Source: Rhynchopus sp. YZ270_cl-10
Taxonomy: Eukaryota
Direction: 5' to 3'
Length of the DNA: 64,000 nucleotides
NCBI GenBank assembly: GCA_964035575.1
Contig: OZ037840.1
Location: 124,001 to 188,000, forward strand
The position numbers were made by a program, and so were the translations under genes. Positions 48,005 to 59,582 of this stretch are shown piece by piece (the first letter of the stretch is position 1; every line of letters begins with the position of its first letter). The notes under the pieces are model-generated. The model saw nothing but the letters and a program-made list of their open reading frames with translations, was not told the origin of the DNA and made no database searches.

Positions 48005-50167
48005 TCACATGTCATGCTTCGTTTCAAACAAGCCGTACTCTCGTTGCGGCAGGACCTGGTACAACCCATCACGTCCTTTGCCCTCAGCCTTCAGCGAAGA
48101 CTTCAGCGCAGCAGGAAGCACAGTCCCCAACGGAGGTTCGTACAAACACTGCTTGCCCTCCCGTGCCGTGTCGCACAGCGCCCAGCTTCGGTACACAGTC
48201 TGTCCCATCACAGTCACAAAGCGTTGCTTACGAGCACCAACATCTCCGAGCCGCACTGCACCCGTCACAAGCCCTGCACCAGACAGCACTGCAGTTCCCA
48301 AAAGGCGTTGTGCAAACCGCACTGCGTTCTCCATGTGTGCAGGTGCTGGGCGGGTCAGGTTCCACCCAACACACACACGGCTCCCGAGCAGCGTCACCAA
48401 GGTCCCACCGTTCTGGTCCAGTACGACTGTGAGTGTGGAGAGGCCCACACTCAGGTTGCGGAGTGACGTATGATCGCAGTCCTCGTCTCCAGCAAGATGC
48501 ACAGTGCCCACAGTTGCGTCGATGGGAAGTATCGGGGCGTTGCCGTGACCTGACATGGCGTTATCCGCAACGGAACTTGTGTTGGATTTCAAACTGAGGG
48601 AAGAGTCGTGCTTATGAAGGGACGTCCCCTGCTTCAGTGCGACAGGTTCTTTGAGGGGAGTCTGCCTTCGTCCCGCAAGTGACAAAGGCCACACGCAGCA
48701 AATGAACGTTAGCCCTGACACACCCTTCAAGTCCAGTGCCTCCGCATCCCCAACAACAGCAGAGCAAGACATGCACTCGGCTGTGTACAGGTTAGAAGGC
48801 ACAGCCACAGCACCAGGCTTGCATGCGCTCTCAAGGCGGGCAGCAACGTTCACCGTGTGGCCAAAGTAGTCTGTCCGTCCCGTCAGTGCGTTCTCTTCCA
48901 CAGTCACAGGGCCGCTGTTCACACCAATGCGCACAGTCAGTCCACCCCAAAGTGGTCCCTGTTCAGCACAGATGGATACATCTTCGAGGAGTGAGGCAGG
49001 CCATGAAGCACCACGCAGGAGTTCGTGCACACTCAGGCCAAAGTTCACTCCGTCCTGTGTTGACGTGAAGGCAACCATGAAGGCGTCGCCGATTGTCTTC
49101 ACTTCGTACCCTCCGAACATCCCCATCACCTCACGCATCACAGTGTTGTGTATCTTCAGTCCAGCACGCATCCCATCAGGTGCGTGCTCCCAGATAGATG
49201 TTGACGAACGTATGTCTGTGAACGCAAGGGTTGCTGTCTCGCTCGTTAGTCCCGGTGCCTCCACACACAACCGTTGCAGTACACTCCGCTGGTCCCTGTC
49301 ACCGTCCTCCTCCATCTCCATCTCCTCAAACAGCGCAGCAGGAAGGTAGGGTTTGTACTTCCGCAGGTTCTCCTCCATTGTCTGCAGCGTCTCGTACATC
49401 TCCTCAGGCAGCTCTGAGCCGCGTGCCGCAAGCATCCGTGCCACACCTTCCACGTCGTACTTCGCAAGCAGCGACGCAATCTCCTGCACAGTGCTGATCG
49501 TCCGCTCCATTGTTGCCTGCTCCTTCACAATCGCCCTTGCAAACCCTCTCGTTGCGATGAAGTCAGCAACGAACACCAGCACTGCACCCACGGTCATGGT
49601 CGCAGCAGGTTTGGCACACGGGAGCTTCTCACAATTGCTCCTCTCCTCGAGGTGAGTCCTCCTCCCGAACTCACCATCCTGCGGCACAAGACCAGGTAGG
49701 TCGAAGATGCCAAACCTGAAGGACTCCTCCACAGCCATGAGAGCCAACCACACAAGCACAACAAACACCAACCCAGCAGTGTAACGTGTGGGCACCTGCA
49801 TCACGAGCAACATGTCTAAAACGAGCACCAGTGTCGCCCAGTACATGTCACCGTTGCAGCGAGCAACCAGATCGCCAGAAAATACACACAACGCAAACAT
49901 GTAAGAAACACAAACCACGACAGGTGTCGTCAACTTCTTCTTGCACAAGATGAGCACCACCGAGAGCAGTGACGTGACTGCCGCTGTAATTGTTAACCAG
50001 CGCCGCAACCCTTCGTATTGGTAAACAGTAGACAAGATCACCAACATGAATACAAACACAGTACAGTTGATCGCAAAGAACATCTCACGCATCCTCCTCT
50101 CTTTCCTGTCAAGTGTGCCATCCAGCGTCAGTGCACCCTCAACACAACGTGGCCACTGCAGCTTCAT
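48005..50167 (-). CDS. Type II adenylyl cyclase, copy 2
   Basis: Same motifs as type II copy 1; tandem period about 2.4 kb. Confidence 0.9.
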   Translation of the reverse strand: MKLQWPRCVEGALTLDGTLDRKERRMREMFFAINCTVFVFMLVILSTVYQYEGLRRWLTITAAVTSLLSVVLILCKKKLTTPVVVCVSYMFALCVFSGDLVARCNGDMYWATLVLVLDMLLVMQVPTRYTAGLVFVVLVWLALMAVEESFRFGIFDLPGLVPQDGEFGRRTHLEERSNCEKLPCAKPAATMTVGAVLVFVADFIATRGFARAIVKEQATMERTISTVQEIASLLAKYDVEGVARMLAARGSELPEEMYETLQTMEENLRKYKPYLPAALFEEMEMEEDGDRDQRSVLQRLCVEAPGLTSETATLAFTDIRSSTSIWEHAPDGMRAGLKIHNTVMREVMGMFGGYEVKTIGDAFMVAFTSTQDGVNFGLSVHELLRGASWPASLLEDVSICAEQGPLWGGLTVRIGVNSGPVTVEENALTGRTDYFGHTVNVAARLESACKPGAVAVPSNLYTAECMSCSAVVGDAEALDLKGVSGLTFICCVWPLSLAGRRQTPLKEPVALKQGTSLHKHDSSLSLKSNTSSVADNAMSGHGNAPILPIDATVGTVHLAGDEDCDHTSLRNLSVGLSTLTVVLDQNGGTLVTLLGSRVCVGWNLTRPAPAHMENAVRFAQRLLGTAVLSGAGLVTGAVRLGDVGARKQRFVTVMGQTVYRSWALCDTAREGKQCLYEPPLGTVLPAALKSSLKAEGKGRDGLYQVLPQREYGLFETKHDM

Positions 50168-50370
50168 TGCAACAACCCCAGCTGTCTGTGTCAAGAATAC
50201 GACAGCCGCTTGGTCGACCTTTTCCCTCTTCAAGTGTAAAAACTGTGGGTGCAGTGTGGTGACAAAGTGTACTGCCAAGTTCTGACCTCAAAAGTGTATG
50301 GGGGGGAGGGGTTCGGTTTTTGAAAATAATTGTTGTGAGTGAGTACCAGCAGGAATGCTGACACAACACT

Positions 50371-52533
50371 TCACATGTCATGCTTCGTTTCAAACAAGCC
50401 GTACTCTCGTTGCGGCAGGACCTGGTACAACCCATCACGTCCTTTGCCCTCAGCCTTCAGCGAAGACTTCAGCGCAGCAGGAAGCACAGTCCCCAACGGA
50501 GGTTCGTACAAACACTGCTTGCCCTCCCGTGCCGTGTCGCACAGCGCCCAGCTTCGGTACACAGTCTGTCCCATCACAGTCACAAAGCGTTGCTTACGAG
50601 CACCAACATCTCCGAGCCGCACTGCACCCGTCACAAGCCCTGCACCAGACAGCACTGCAGTTCCCAAAAGGCGTTGTGCAAACCGCACTGCGTTCTCCAT
50701 GTGTGCAGGTGCTGGGCGGGTCAGGTTCCACCCAACACACACACGGCTCCCGAGCAGCGTCACCAAGGTCCCACCGTTCTGGTCCAGTACGACTGTGAGT
50801 GTGGAGAGGCCCACACTCAGGTTGCGGAGTGACGTATGGTCGCAGTCCTCGTCTCCAGCAAGATGCACAGTGCCCACAGTTGCGTCGATGGGAAGTATCG
50901 GGGCGTTGCCGTGACCTGACATGCTGTTCTCCACAACGGAACCTGAGTTGGATTTCAAACTGAGGGAAGAGTCGCACTTATGAAGGGACGTCCCCTGCTT
51001 CAGTGCAACAGGTTCTTTGAGGGGAGTCTGCCTTCGTCCCGCAAGTGACAAAGGCCACACGCAGCAAATGAACGTTAGCCCTGACACACCCTTCAAGTCC
51101 AGTGCCTCCGCATCCCCAACAACAGCAGAGCAAGACATGCACTCGGCTGTGTACAGGTCAGAGGGGATTGCAACAGCACCAGGCTTGCATGCGCTCTCAA
51201 GGCGGGCAGCAACGTTCACCGTGTGGCCAAAGTAGTCTGTCCGTCCCGTCAGTGCGTTCTCTTCCACAGTCACAGGGCCGCTGTTCACACCAATGCGCAC
51301 AGTCAGTCCGCCCCAAAGTGGTCCCTGTTCAGCACAGATGGATACATCTTCGAGGAGTGAGGCAGGCCATGAAGCACCACGCAGGAGTTCGTGCACACTC
51401 AGGCCAAAGTTCACTCCGTCCTGTGTTGACGTGAAGGCAATCATGAAGGCGTCGCCGATGGTTTTGACTTCGTACCCTCCGAACATCCCCATCACCTCAC
51501 GCATCACAGTGTTGTGTATCTTCAGTCCAGCACGCATCCCATCAGGTGCGTGCTCCCAGATAGATGTTGACGAACGTATGTCTGTGAACGCAAGGGTTGC
51601 TGTCTCGCTCGTTAGCCCGGGTGCCTCCACACACAACCGTTGCAGTACACTCCGCTGGTCCCTGTCACCGTCCTCCTCCATCTCCATCTCCTCAAACAGC
51701 GCAGCAGGAAGGTAGGGTTTGTACTTCCGCAGGTTCTCCTCCATTGTCTGCAGCGTCTCGTACATCTCCTCAGGCAGCTCTGAGCCGCGTGCCGCAAGCA
51801 TCCGTGCCACACCTTCCACGTCGTACTTCGCAAGCAGCGACGCAATCTCCTGCACAGTGCTGATCGTCCGCTCCATTGTTGCCTGCTCCTTCAGGATGTC
51901 ACGTGCAAACCCTCGTGTTGCGATGAAGTCAACAACAAACACCAATACTGCACCCAAGGTAATGGTCACAGCGGGAGCGCCACACGGGAGCGTATCACAG
52001 CTGGCCTTATCTTCAAGGTAAGCCCTCCTCCCCAACTCACCATCCTGCGGCACAAGACCAGGTAGGTCGAAGATGCCAAACCTGAAGGACTCCTCCAAAG
52101 CCATGAGAGTCAACCACACAAGCACAACAAACACCAACCCAGCAGTGTAACGTGTGGGCACCTGCATGATCAGCAACATGTCTAAAACGAGCACGAGTGG
52201 TGTCCAATACATGTCACCGTTGCAGCGAGCAAGCAGATCGGCACAAAATATACATGCCACGTACGCATAACAAACACCAACCACGACAGGTGTCGTCAAC
52301 TTCTTCTTGCACAAGATGTGCACCGCCGAAAGCAGTGACATGACCACCCCTGCTAGCGTGAACCAGCGACGCAGCCCGCCGTATTCGTAACTGGTGGCAG
52401 AGAACACCAACAGAAACAGAAGCGATGTACAGTTGATCCCAAAGAACATCTCCCGCTTCCTCCTCTCCTTTGCGTCAAGTGTGCCATCCAGCGTCAGTGC
52501 ACCCTCAACACAACGTGGCCACTGCAGCTTCAT
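50371..52533 (-). CDS. Type II adenylyl cyclase, copy 3
   Basis: Same motifs as type II copy 1. Confidence 0.9.
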   Translation of the reverse strand: MKLQWPRCVEGALTLDGTLDAKERRKREMFFGINCTSLLFLLVFSATSYEYGGLRRWFTLAGVVMSLLSAVHILCKKKLTTPVVVGVCYAYVACIFCADLLARCNGDMYWTPLVLVLDMLLIMQVPTRYTAGLVFVVLVWLTLMALEESFRFGIFDLPGLVPQDGELGRRAYLEDKASCDTLPCGAPAVTITLGAVLVFVVDFIATRGFARDILKEQATMERTISTVQEIASLLAKYDVEGVARMLAARGSELPEEMYETLQTMEENLRKYKPYLPAALFEEMEMEEDGDRDQRSVLQRLCVEAPGLTSETATLAFTDIRSSTSIWEHAPDGMRAGLKIHNTVMREVMGMFGGYEVKTIGDAFMIAFTSTQDGVNFGLSVHELLRGASWPASLLEDVSICAEQGPLWGGLTVRIGVNSGPVTVEENALTGRTDYFGHTVNVAARLESACKPGAVAIPSDLYTAECMSCSAVVGDAEALDLKGVSGLTFICCVWPLSLAGRRQTPLKEPVALKQGTSLHKCDSSLSLKSNSGSVVENSMSGHGNAPILPIDATVGTVHLAGDEDCDHTSLRNLSVGLSTLTVVLDQNGGTLVTLLGSRVCVGWNLTRPAPAHMENAVRFAQRLLGTAVLSGAGLVTGAVRLGDVGARKQRFVTVMGQTVYRSWALCDTAREGKQCLYEPPLGTVLPAALKSSLKAEGKGRDGLYQVLPQREYGLFETKHDM

Positions 52534-53233
52534 TGCAACAACCCCAGCTGTCTGTGTCAAGACTGCAACTCAAATTGGTCGACCTTTTTCCTTTCTGGTG
52601 TACAAACTGTGTAAAAACTGTGGGTGCAGTGTGGTGACAAAGTGCACTGCCAAGTTCTGACCTAAAAAGTGTATGGTGCCGAGGTGACCAAAAATTAGAT
52701 TCATCACCAAAAATGCAATTCAGTCTGTTTGGACACTTTTGAACATGCGAGATGTGAACAGGTTAGCATGGCTTGAGACGCTGTTCTAACTTGTCATCGT
52801 GGCGTCCCCAAAAACTCGCGATAGGTCACGTTGAGCCATGAGACATGCTACGGTACTCTGGGTCTCAGGAACATGCAAGCTATGAGGGTTCGTGTACGGT
52901 TGTATGGTTTAGTCTTAAGGGTGTGCACTGTACGTAGGGGGTGTCTGACAATACCGTACTAGGAACTATTCTGGGTTGTAACTGTTTTTGGGACAAAATA
53001 GAAACTAACTTCAGGTTCTGAATAAAAAGAAAACAATGAAAAACAACTTTTTCGTTTATCGCTCCGTAAGCTTGTTGTGTTTTTTCGCTGAAGTGTGTGT
53101 TGTATGAGAGAGAAAAAATAATGAGTGAGAAAACACAAGCTGGCGGGCACGCACCTTCCGTCGTTTCTATTTCCTATTGTCAACCTTGCACGGTGCAGTC
53201 TGTCGTGCTTAGAGTGTGTCGAAAACAGACTTA

Positions 53234-53462
53234 CCCCCTGAGTCCGACAGTCGGACCCCCTGAGTCCGACAGTCGGACTCAGGGGTCCGACAGTCGGACT
53301 CTGGAGTCCGACAGACGGACTCTGGGGGTCCGACTGTCGGACTCTGGAGTCCGACAGTCGGACTCTGGGGTCCGACAGTCGGACCCAAAAAAAAAAAATT
53401 TTTTTTTTGGGCCGAAAAAAAAATTTTTTTTTTCGGCCAAAAAAATTTTTTTGGCCGAAAAT
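53234..53462. repeat. Tandem palindromic satellite (GAGTCCGACAGTCGGACTC, ~21-bp period) followed by An/Tn palindromes
   Basis: About 7 units seen directly. Confidence 0.85.
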
Positions 53463-53763
53463 CGCCTTGTATAGTCACTACAGTACACATGCTATAACCA
53501 AAATAGCCGTATTTTGACTGAAAATTTGACTTGAAAATTTTTTTCCTTGTTTGGTCAATCTGAGGTTTTCTTTGGATTTTTTGGGCCATTTTATGACCTA
53601 CCACGCCCAATTTTTTTGGGAGGGGGAAATTATTTTTTGGTCAAAAAATGGCCTTGTTGCCTACTACTGGGTATAGGCTTGTTCAGAGATGTGTGTATTT
53701 GGTGTACCCGGACATGGTCAAAACACATGATTTTTGCACATCATTTTTTTGGTGTGGGGGGGG

Positions 53764-55547
53764 AACAGACTAGCATGACAACACGAGCCCCGACTGCCGG
53801 TCAAGGGGGTTTTAATGGATTTTAAGCGAAAACTTCATTAAAACTCATTTTCTTTGGGGGGGGGTTTTTTTTTTTTTGTTGGTCCAAACCAGGGCGATCG
53901 GTAAGAGATATGATGGTTTTTGGGGGATAAAAGAAAGAACAAGAAAGCAACAAAAGGATACCAGTAAAAAAAAGAACAATAATGTATTCCGCAAACCCGT
54001 AAACCCGCAAGGGTTTACGGGTTTGCGGAATACAGTACGGTTGCGTATACCCCGGCGGGATGGGAAAGTGATTTTTTTTGCCTCTTTGGGAAGGCTCGTT
54101 TTTTCATTTATTGTTACAAAGTAACAATTGTTACTGTAACAATAAATGGAAAAACGAGCCTTCCCTTTTTTGCTTTTGTGTCTGTCTCCCATTTCCTTTT
54201 CTCAGACTCAAACACATCAAAAAATGGCACCCAAAACCAAAGCGGCACCCAAACCGGCAGCCAAAGCGGCACCGACTGCGTCTGGAAAAAGGAAAAGGGA
54301 GGACCAGAATGGACAACCACAACCGGCAAAGGCGAATACACCGGAGACTGACTTTATCACTGCGTACACCCAGTCGCAAGCAGGGAACGTGATGGTGCTC
54401 TCGCATCTAAAACTTTTATATGCGAGAATCACCGGCGCCACTGTGCACCCCAACTCCCCCACCATGATGAACGCATTGGTGAACGTGTACCCGGGACTGG
54501 ACACGAAGCTCAGCGTGACCCAACACGACGCCGCGACTGAAGACAAAAGGTTGCCATCATACTTTAAGGTATGCTCCCTTATTTGGTATTACACTATGCT
54601 ACTACATTCATTTGTATACATAGGTCGCCAAGAGGGCAACAGACGGCAAGCACCTTGTGCAGCTGTATGGTGTGTGTCTTCGTTCTTTCATGATCACTGG
54701 GTGGAAAGCAGAAACCTCTGCCAAGAACAAACTCTACGTGCGAGTGAGGGAGAGCATCCTCCCTAAGTACAGGGACTGTGATATGTGCTCGCTCTACTCA
54801 GCGAAGCCTAAGGCGCAGCTGTCGACTCTGCAGGAGAAGACTTTCCCCACCCTCACCCCTCTTCCTGTCGAAAACGACACGCACACAATGCGCATCGAAG
54901 GGTGCTTTGTCGACATCGCATACCTTGTGAATGCGAATAAGGTTGACCTGCAGTGTACGCGCAGAGTGCCCGAAGGCTCAACCCATCCCTCGGGTGTGTA
55001 CAGGGTGGATTACTTCTTGCCCCGCCCATCCCGTGAGGACAAGGCCATTTCCTGCGCTCCTGTTGACGGGCAGATTGCCTTGTGGGAGGTAAAGGTGTGT
55101 TACTTGGTAGCTTTTCCTGCAACTTTTTGACTGTTATCCAATAATAACTACACAGATTGTTATGGAGCAGGTGAAGGAGAGCAGGCAGGGGCTGGGCAAG
55201 GTGGACCGCCAGAAGTACATCGATCTGATGGGGGTGGACCTCGGGGAAGGGGAAGAGGAGGAGGAGGAGGAGGAGGAGGGTGAGGGTGAGTCGATGTTAC
55301 CATCGGCCGGTGTCACCGTCCTTTCACAGGATGCTTTTTCCGGAAACCCGCAAACCCAGGTTGTTGAAAACCTCTGATTTTTTTTTCAAATTTTTACTGG
55401 TATCCTTTGTTGTTTTCTTGTTATCTATTTTCCCTGAGGACCTCCCCCCCCAGTGAACCGTTTATACGGTTCACTGGGGGTCGGTACTGCATTTGGGACC
55501 CCGTTCTGCGTTGGCAGTCGTATCTAGCGTTGTCATGTTAGTCTGTT
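53764..55547. mobile_element. Putative long-TIR (Mutator-like?) element carrying a spliced gene
   Basis: AACAGACTAGCATGACAAC..CGACTGCC is inverted as GGCAGTCG..GTTGTCATGTTAGTCTGTT. Subterminal CAACAAAAGGATACCAGTAAAAA is inverted near 55391. A related end lies at about 45397-45530. No TSD found. Confidence 0.55.
54224..55377 (+). CDS. Hypothetical, probably nuclear protein; three exons (54224-54568, 54624-55094, 55156-55377)
   Basis: Polypyrimidine-AG just upstream; N-terminus MAPKTKAAPKPAAK..GKRKRE. Two short GT-AG introns join three ORF-track pieces in frame (second donor could be 55089). Acidic C-terminal tract. Confidence 0.7.
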
Positions 55548-55865
55548 TCACACAATAAGATAAGATGGAGTCCCTTACATGTGATTTCCCCCCCTCTTTT
55601 TGCTTTCGTACCATGCATCATGATCAAGTGAGAATCCAAAAGAAAAAAAAAAAGAGGGAGGGTTTTTTTTTTTTTTTTTTGGTGAACAACATTTTGACCT
55701 TCACAGTGGGCTCGTAAGGACATTACGGGAGTGATGCCGTCGTAATTACGGCATCATGACGAGGGCACACTTCGTCATGCTGTCGTAATTACAACGAACG
55801 TCGCCAACATGATGACGTCATCATGACGTCATCATGACGAGGGGGTGCGTTCCTTGATGACCTCA

Positions 55866-55954
55866 ACGATGGTGAAGTAAATGACTTGACTTGTGGTTTC
55901 ACCGTTGTAAGCCAACGGTGAAACCACAAGTCAAGTCATTTACTTCACCATCGT
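55866..55954. repeat. Perfect 42-bp inverted repeat with a 5-nt loop
   Basis: Arms 55866-55907 and 55913-55954; loop TAAGC. Confidence 0.92.
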
Positions 55955-57719
55955 GTCCCCAGCCCGACTTTGGGAAAAAACAAACAAAAATCTTAACGTA
56001 CACTCTCTGTTGATTCTAAAACGGGGGAGGGTAAAAAAGGCGTGAAAGGTAAATTGGGGAAGAGGTTGAAAAGTTGGAACGCTTCCTCACCCCAGATCAC
56101 ACTACAATACAAAGGTTTGGGTTTGAATAGGGTGGGTTCTTCTGACGATGAAACCTACTCCCTTCTAAACTTTCTTTTTTTTTTTTTTTTTTTTGAAAAA
56201 TAAATAAAACTCCTCTCGAAATTGTTCAAGATTGAACTGAGAGAAAGAAGAAACCCCAAACCCTCCCAGACCAAACGGTCTAACCTGTTGTATTGACATA
56301 GTGTGGGGAGAATGAGGAGCACAAGAATCGTCTTCGCGCATACTAAAAGATTTCCTACGATATGTCACAAGTGTCATGTCACCGAAAAATCTTAACGTAC
56401 ACTCTCTGTTGATTCTAAAACGGGGGAGGGTAAAAAAGGCGTGAAAGGTAAATTGGGGAAGAGGTTGAAAAGTTGGAACGCTTCCTCACCCCAGATCACA
56501 CCCAGGACCCTTGGGACCCTCAAGGGACGCTACGCGAAAAAACTTCTTCAGCGAAACGGGATGATCCATCCAGGAGCGCGGGAGGAGATCTGGCCCGAAA
56601 TTGTTCTGTGTGGCTGCAAATAAATAGAGTAACTGCGTAACTGTCTCCAACGATGCAGGGATTGAGATAAAAATGATATATGATGGCCCGAAGTCTCGCG
56701 TGCTTCGTCACTTTCCTTAGATACGTTCTTGCAACGCAGCAGCTGCGTAGGATACCACAAAGGCATTGTTCCGATGATGAAAATCCCCCAACAGTAATTT
56801 AGGCACGCACGTTGTAGTGTTCACGTAATGAGCATGGTGTAGACCGGGTGCGTGAGAGATTGGACGATGGTCGTATTCACGAGTCTGGGTGCGGCAAAAG
56901 GATCGGCCCTGCAAAACAAGTGAACTTCTAACGGTCACCAGTTGTCTCTCTTGGAAAACAACAGTCCAGGTTGCCTCAACATCGCTAGCTGTGGTTTAGA
57001 AGCTTGCCTATATTTTGCAATCGGCGTCGAGTAATCGCTGTCGTGCGTCGGAAATCGCTTCGTCTACTATTTCGATGTTCCTGCACAACGGAGCGGAGGC
57101 TCTCTCTCTCGACTTCTTGTTGCTGCCTGCTCATTTTTGGTGTTGTACAGTGTCGGGGCACTCCGCGAAAACGCCAGCTTCGACATCTACTACGAATCAT
57201 GACGTTATTCCTGGTGTGGACTTGCGATTTCGTGTCCATGAAAATGAGGCTGTACAAGGTCACCCCACGCGTTGTACCCTCTGATTTCGTCAGTTTTGTC
57301 GAACTTGGTCGCTTGCTCCCAAGGAAGCTTGTTGTTGTATGCCCGCACGTAGTATTTCCACGTGTCATCTCCCATCACGAGGGCCGGCTGAATCGGTAAC
57401 GCCCGTGTTTCTGAGAAGTGAAACTGCCCAGGTGTTCTCTGCAGCATCAACGTCCATTGTTCTTTGTTCTGTTGTCTTCCACCTCACCATGCGTATCAAT
57501 CTTCAGGGCTTCAGCAATGGAAACCTCTCTCGGAGGGCTTACAGTAAACTTTGCTGAGTACTTCACCTCTTAAACGAGAACCCTCAAAAGTTGCCTACTC
57601 CGGAGGACTTCGGTCGACAAAAGGTTTCCTCATCTTGAGGACTGCCGAATAGTGGCCTCCTCTAGGGGATTTCAGTCAAACAAAATACAGCATCGGCAGT
57701 AAGGTCACCACAAGTAAGT

Positions 57720-58680
57720 ACTCCGCATTTCATGTAAACGAACTTGTATCCTCACGGGGAAGTCCTCGAAGGCGTCGGTCGTGGTCGCGAGCAGGTTGAC
57801 GTCTCTCTGAAGCAGGTGGGCTTCTGTGGAGCTGTTGCTGCTGGTATGCACGGAAGCAGATAAGCGGCCCCCGCAGCTGGGTGGGAAGGTGTAGTGCCTG
57901 GTAAGTTCTTGTTGCAGACATCCTTCGGAGTGCTCACCCCGTCGTCCGTGAGTCTGTGTAGTAATGGTAGTAGTTGTCTCCAAGGAGCGCTCCCCTGCAG
58001 AAAAGATGGGTGTGCTTGTTCGTCAGACACTTCGGTGATGGTCTCACGAAACGACGCAACGGCTCGTAGATCTTCCACTTGACACAGTCATGTAGTCCTC
58101 CTGAAGATCCTTCAGACAGATATCAAAGCGAAGCTCTCCCGCTCCGGCGATGGTGTGTTCTCCCGACTCCTCAATCGAGCACTGCATAAGCGGGTCGGAC
58201 TTCGGCAGACGCTTCAGTCCCTCAACAAGCTTGGGCAGGTCGGCGGGGGAGGAGCACTCCACAGCGACACGCACAGCGGGCGATACAGTGTACTTCATGT
58301 CCTTCAGGGGGTAGCACTCGCTCTCCTTCTCGTCAGTTGGTCGCAGTCTTCACAAATGTTACCACAGGGCACGTCCTCAACACGGCCTCCTGGTAACGCT
58401 CCATTCTGAGCAGGGTACAATCACTGCGGCGCTGGATGTTCTTCACAGCCATGTCCTTCTTGGTTTCGGATTTGTAGTTGGGACCCCTGGTGCGTGCCTT
58501 CTGTCCGTCCTTGATCTTCCCAGAGAAAGACACGACCGAAACGCGGTGAAATGTGTCTTGTCTGCCGCGGAAACATCTTCGACACGTACATGAATAGGGC
58601 GGAGGGTGATCAGTGCGACGGGGTCGTAGTTCTGCAGTCCCTGGAAATAGTTGACTGCACGGTAGAAGGTGCAGAAACTT
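57720..58680 (-). pseudogene. EEF2: Decayed partial copy of eukaryotic elongation factor 2 (domains II-IV)
   Basis: Pieces in shifting frames: [96 protein letters not shown] and SFRETI. Confidence 0.88.
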
Positions 58681-59582
58681 TTCGACATCCGCACACCCCT
58701 TTTGGACTTCGGTGCATGTGGCACAGGCTCCAAAAAACCGCTTGCCATCATAGTTGAAAGTATGATGAGGCACACTGTCTCGTGAAGTCGATGTTGTAGT
58801 TTGGCAGGAAACGTAACTTTTTTGAATCCTGTCGTCTGTGTCGAGGACCTTAATCGACGGTACGAAGGAAAATGCCTGGACATCCTTGTGTTGAAACCAT
58901 CTGGGCAGTAAAGCCTGTTGATGTCTGACACCGGTGGCCACGCAGGGCAGTCTGAGAGGATGCCGCCTTGGAAGTCGAGGGCGGTTCCTTCACAGGTCGC
59001 CGTTTGCGAGTGTCGCGCTCTGTGCACTTGAGTGGGCTTGGGTGGTCAGATGGGGTGGTCGGAGAAGGGAGCTGGCTGCCACCTCTAGGTACTGCGAGAC
59101 AAACTTCTCTGGGGTGCGGGTGATTGTAAATGTACTGTGTCCGTGTTGGCAGATCTGGACAGCACATCCGGGAATCTCCACGTAACTGCTGTCCTCTGTG
59201 TATATCCCAGCCTTTGAAGGCCTTTCGAAATTAATGCCAAACCCCGTAGGCCGGATGATGTCGTCAAAAAACGCTGACTGAACCCCTAAAGCTGACTCTG
59301 GGCTGCGCGCAAAACAGCGTCGTAGAGCACGTTTTTCGCATACGCAGCGCGTGTGGGTGTTGTAACTGGCAGCATCTTCACAGACCAAAACTCCAAAGGG
59401 TGCCCTTCTTATAGGGACTTGAAACCCAAGTCAGCAGAGTGACCTTCCTTTTAGGGACTAGAACACGGCAGACCGGCGAGGGGTGCCCTTCTTATAGGGA
59501 CATTTGTCGGAGCGGCGAAAGAATGTAGAATCAGGGGTTCCGCTACCGTATAAGATTCAATTTGGTTGAGGGTCGAAGGTGT

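Noticed and set aside
15344..52660. Many plus-strand ORFs over the cyclase genes, and extended N-termini of the cyclases
   Set aside because: They are antisense shadows repeated only because the genes are repeated; paralog alignment fixes the starts at the MKL/MNL/MRL methionine.
56441..56623. LKGRYAKKLL resembling the RAG1 NGNFARKLM motif
   Set aside because: A single short match with no supporting neighbouring motifs.
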